Assembly (NCBI GenBank): GCA_965249485.1
Contig: OZ252239.1
Coordinates: forward strand, 1,632,001 to 1,696,000
Direction of reading: 5' to 3'
Source: a bacterium
GTDB taxonomy: Bacteria > SM23-31
DNA: 64,000 nt
Each line of letters opens with the position of its first letter. Position 1 is the stretch's first letter. Shown here in pieces: positions 63,778 through 64,000 of this stretch. The notes under the pieces are model-generated. The model was given only the letters and a program-made list of their open reading frames with translations, had not been told where the DNA came from and ran no database searches. The translations under genes and the position numbers were made by a program.

Positions 63778-64000
63778 ATGAAACGTTTCAATGTATGGTG
63801 TATACTTACCTGTTAGGTCTTATTTTCAGTACTTATTTTTTGTAGTGAATTATTCCCAACGGAACCTGAAGAGTTTTCGAAAATGGAAACCCATTATACT
63901 GTAAGTGAAGACCAGGGAATCAACATTGATAAGCTTGATATATTTGGCGATGGAACAGTCCAAGCATTCTCTTTTCAGGGTATTTTGACTACTACTCAAC
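63778..64000 (+). pseudogene. Probable lipoprotein gene, in-frame TAG at 63814, runs off window
   Basis: RBS GGGGGA; MKRFNVWCILTC*VLFSVLIFCSELFPTEPE, open to the window end. Confidence 0.5.

Overview
Bacterial genomic window. The C-terminal PNPFNP/FlgD-Ig sorting domain, the GWxTD protein and the DUF6249-ECF pair suggest an FCB-group lineage such as KSB1/Marinimicrobia/Zixibacteria (inference). The left part (1-39 kb) is a scavenging and catabolic region: five secreted M24 peptidase paralogs, three secreted amidohydrolase paralogs with eroded metal sites, a galM-galT-galK-SSS cluster, GH43, a PQQ sugar dehydrogenase and TonB. It is interrupted by a visibly AT-rich, sigma54-preceded signalling cluster (HDOD, PAS kinase, REC-Hpt-CheA-like kinase, REC-kinase, REC, hybrid kinase) that has no chemoreceptor. 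At 39.5 kb a 3'-half tRNA-Phe followed by its terminator looks like an att scar. To its right lie a decayed HTH-S24 repressor, SRAP, a LexA-box imuB-dnaE2 cassette, stress and regulatory genes, and several genes with in-frame stops. The best unannotated signals are: (1) a secreted thioredoxin-TPR selenoprotein with a UGGC motif and a SECIS-like hairpin 11 nt after UGA, next to a CPPC paralog; (2) a multicopy ~130-nt element with an ECF-sigma promoter, a hairpin, an anti-RBS/anti-start segment and a terminator, antisense to a conserved 21-codon ORF, whose copies bracket the mutagenesis cassette; (3) a duplicated sigma54 promoter module. Many single-base frameshifts fall in homopolymers and are probably assembly errors.
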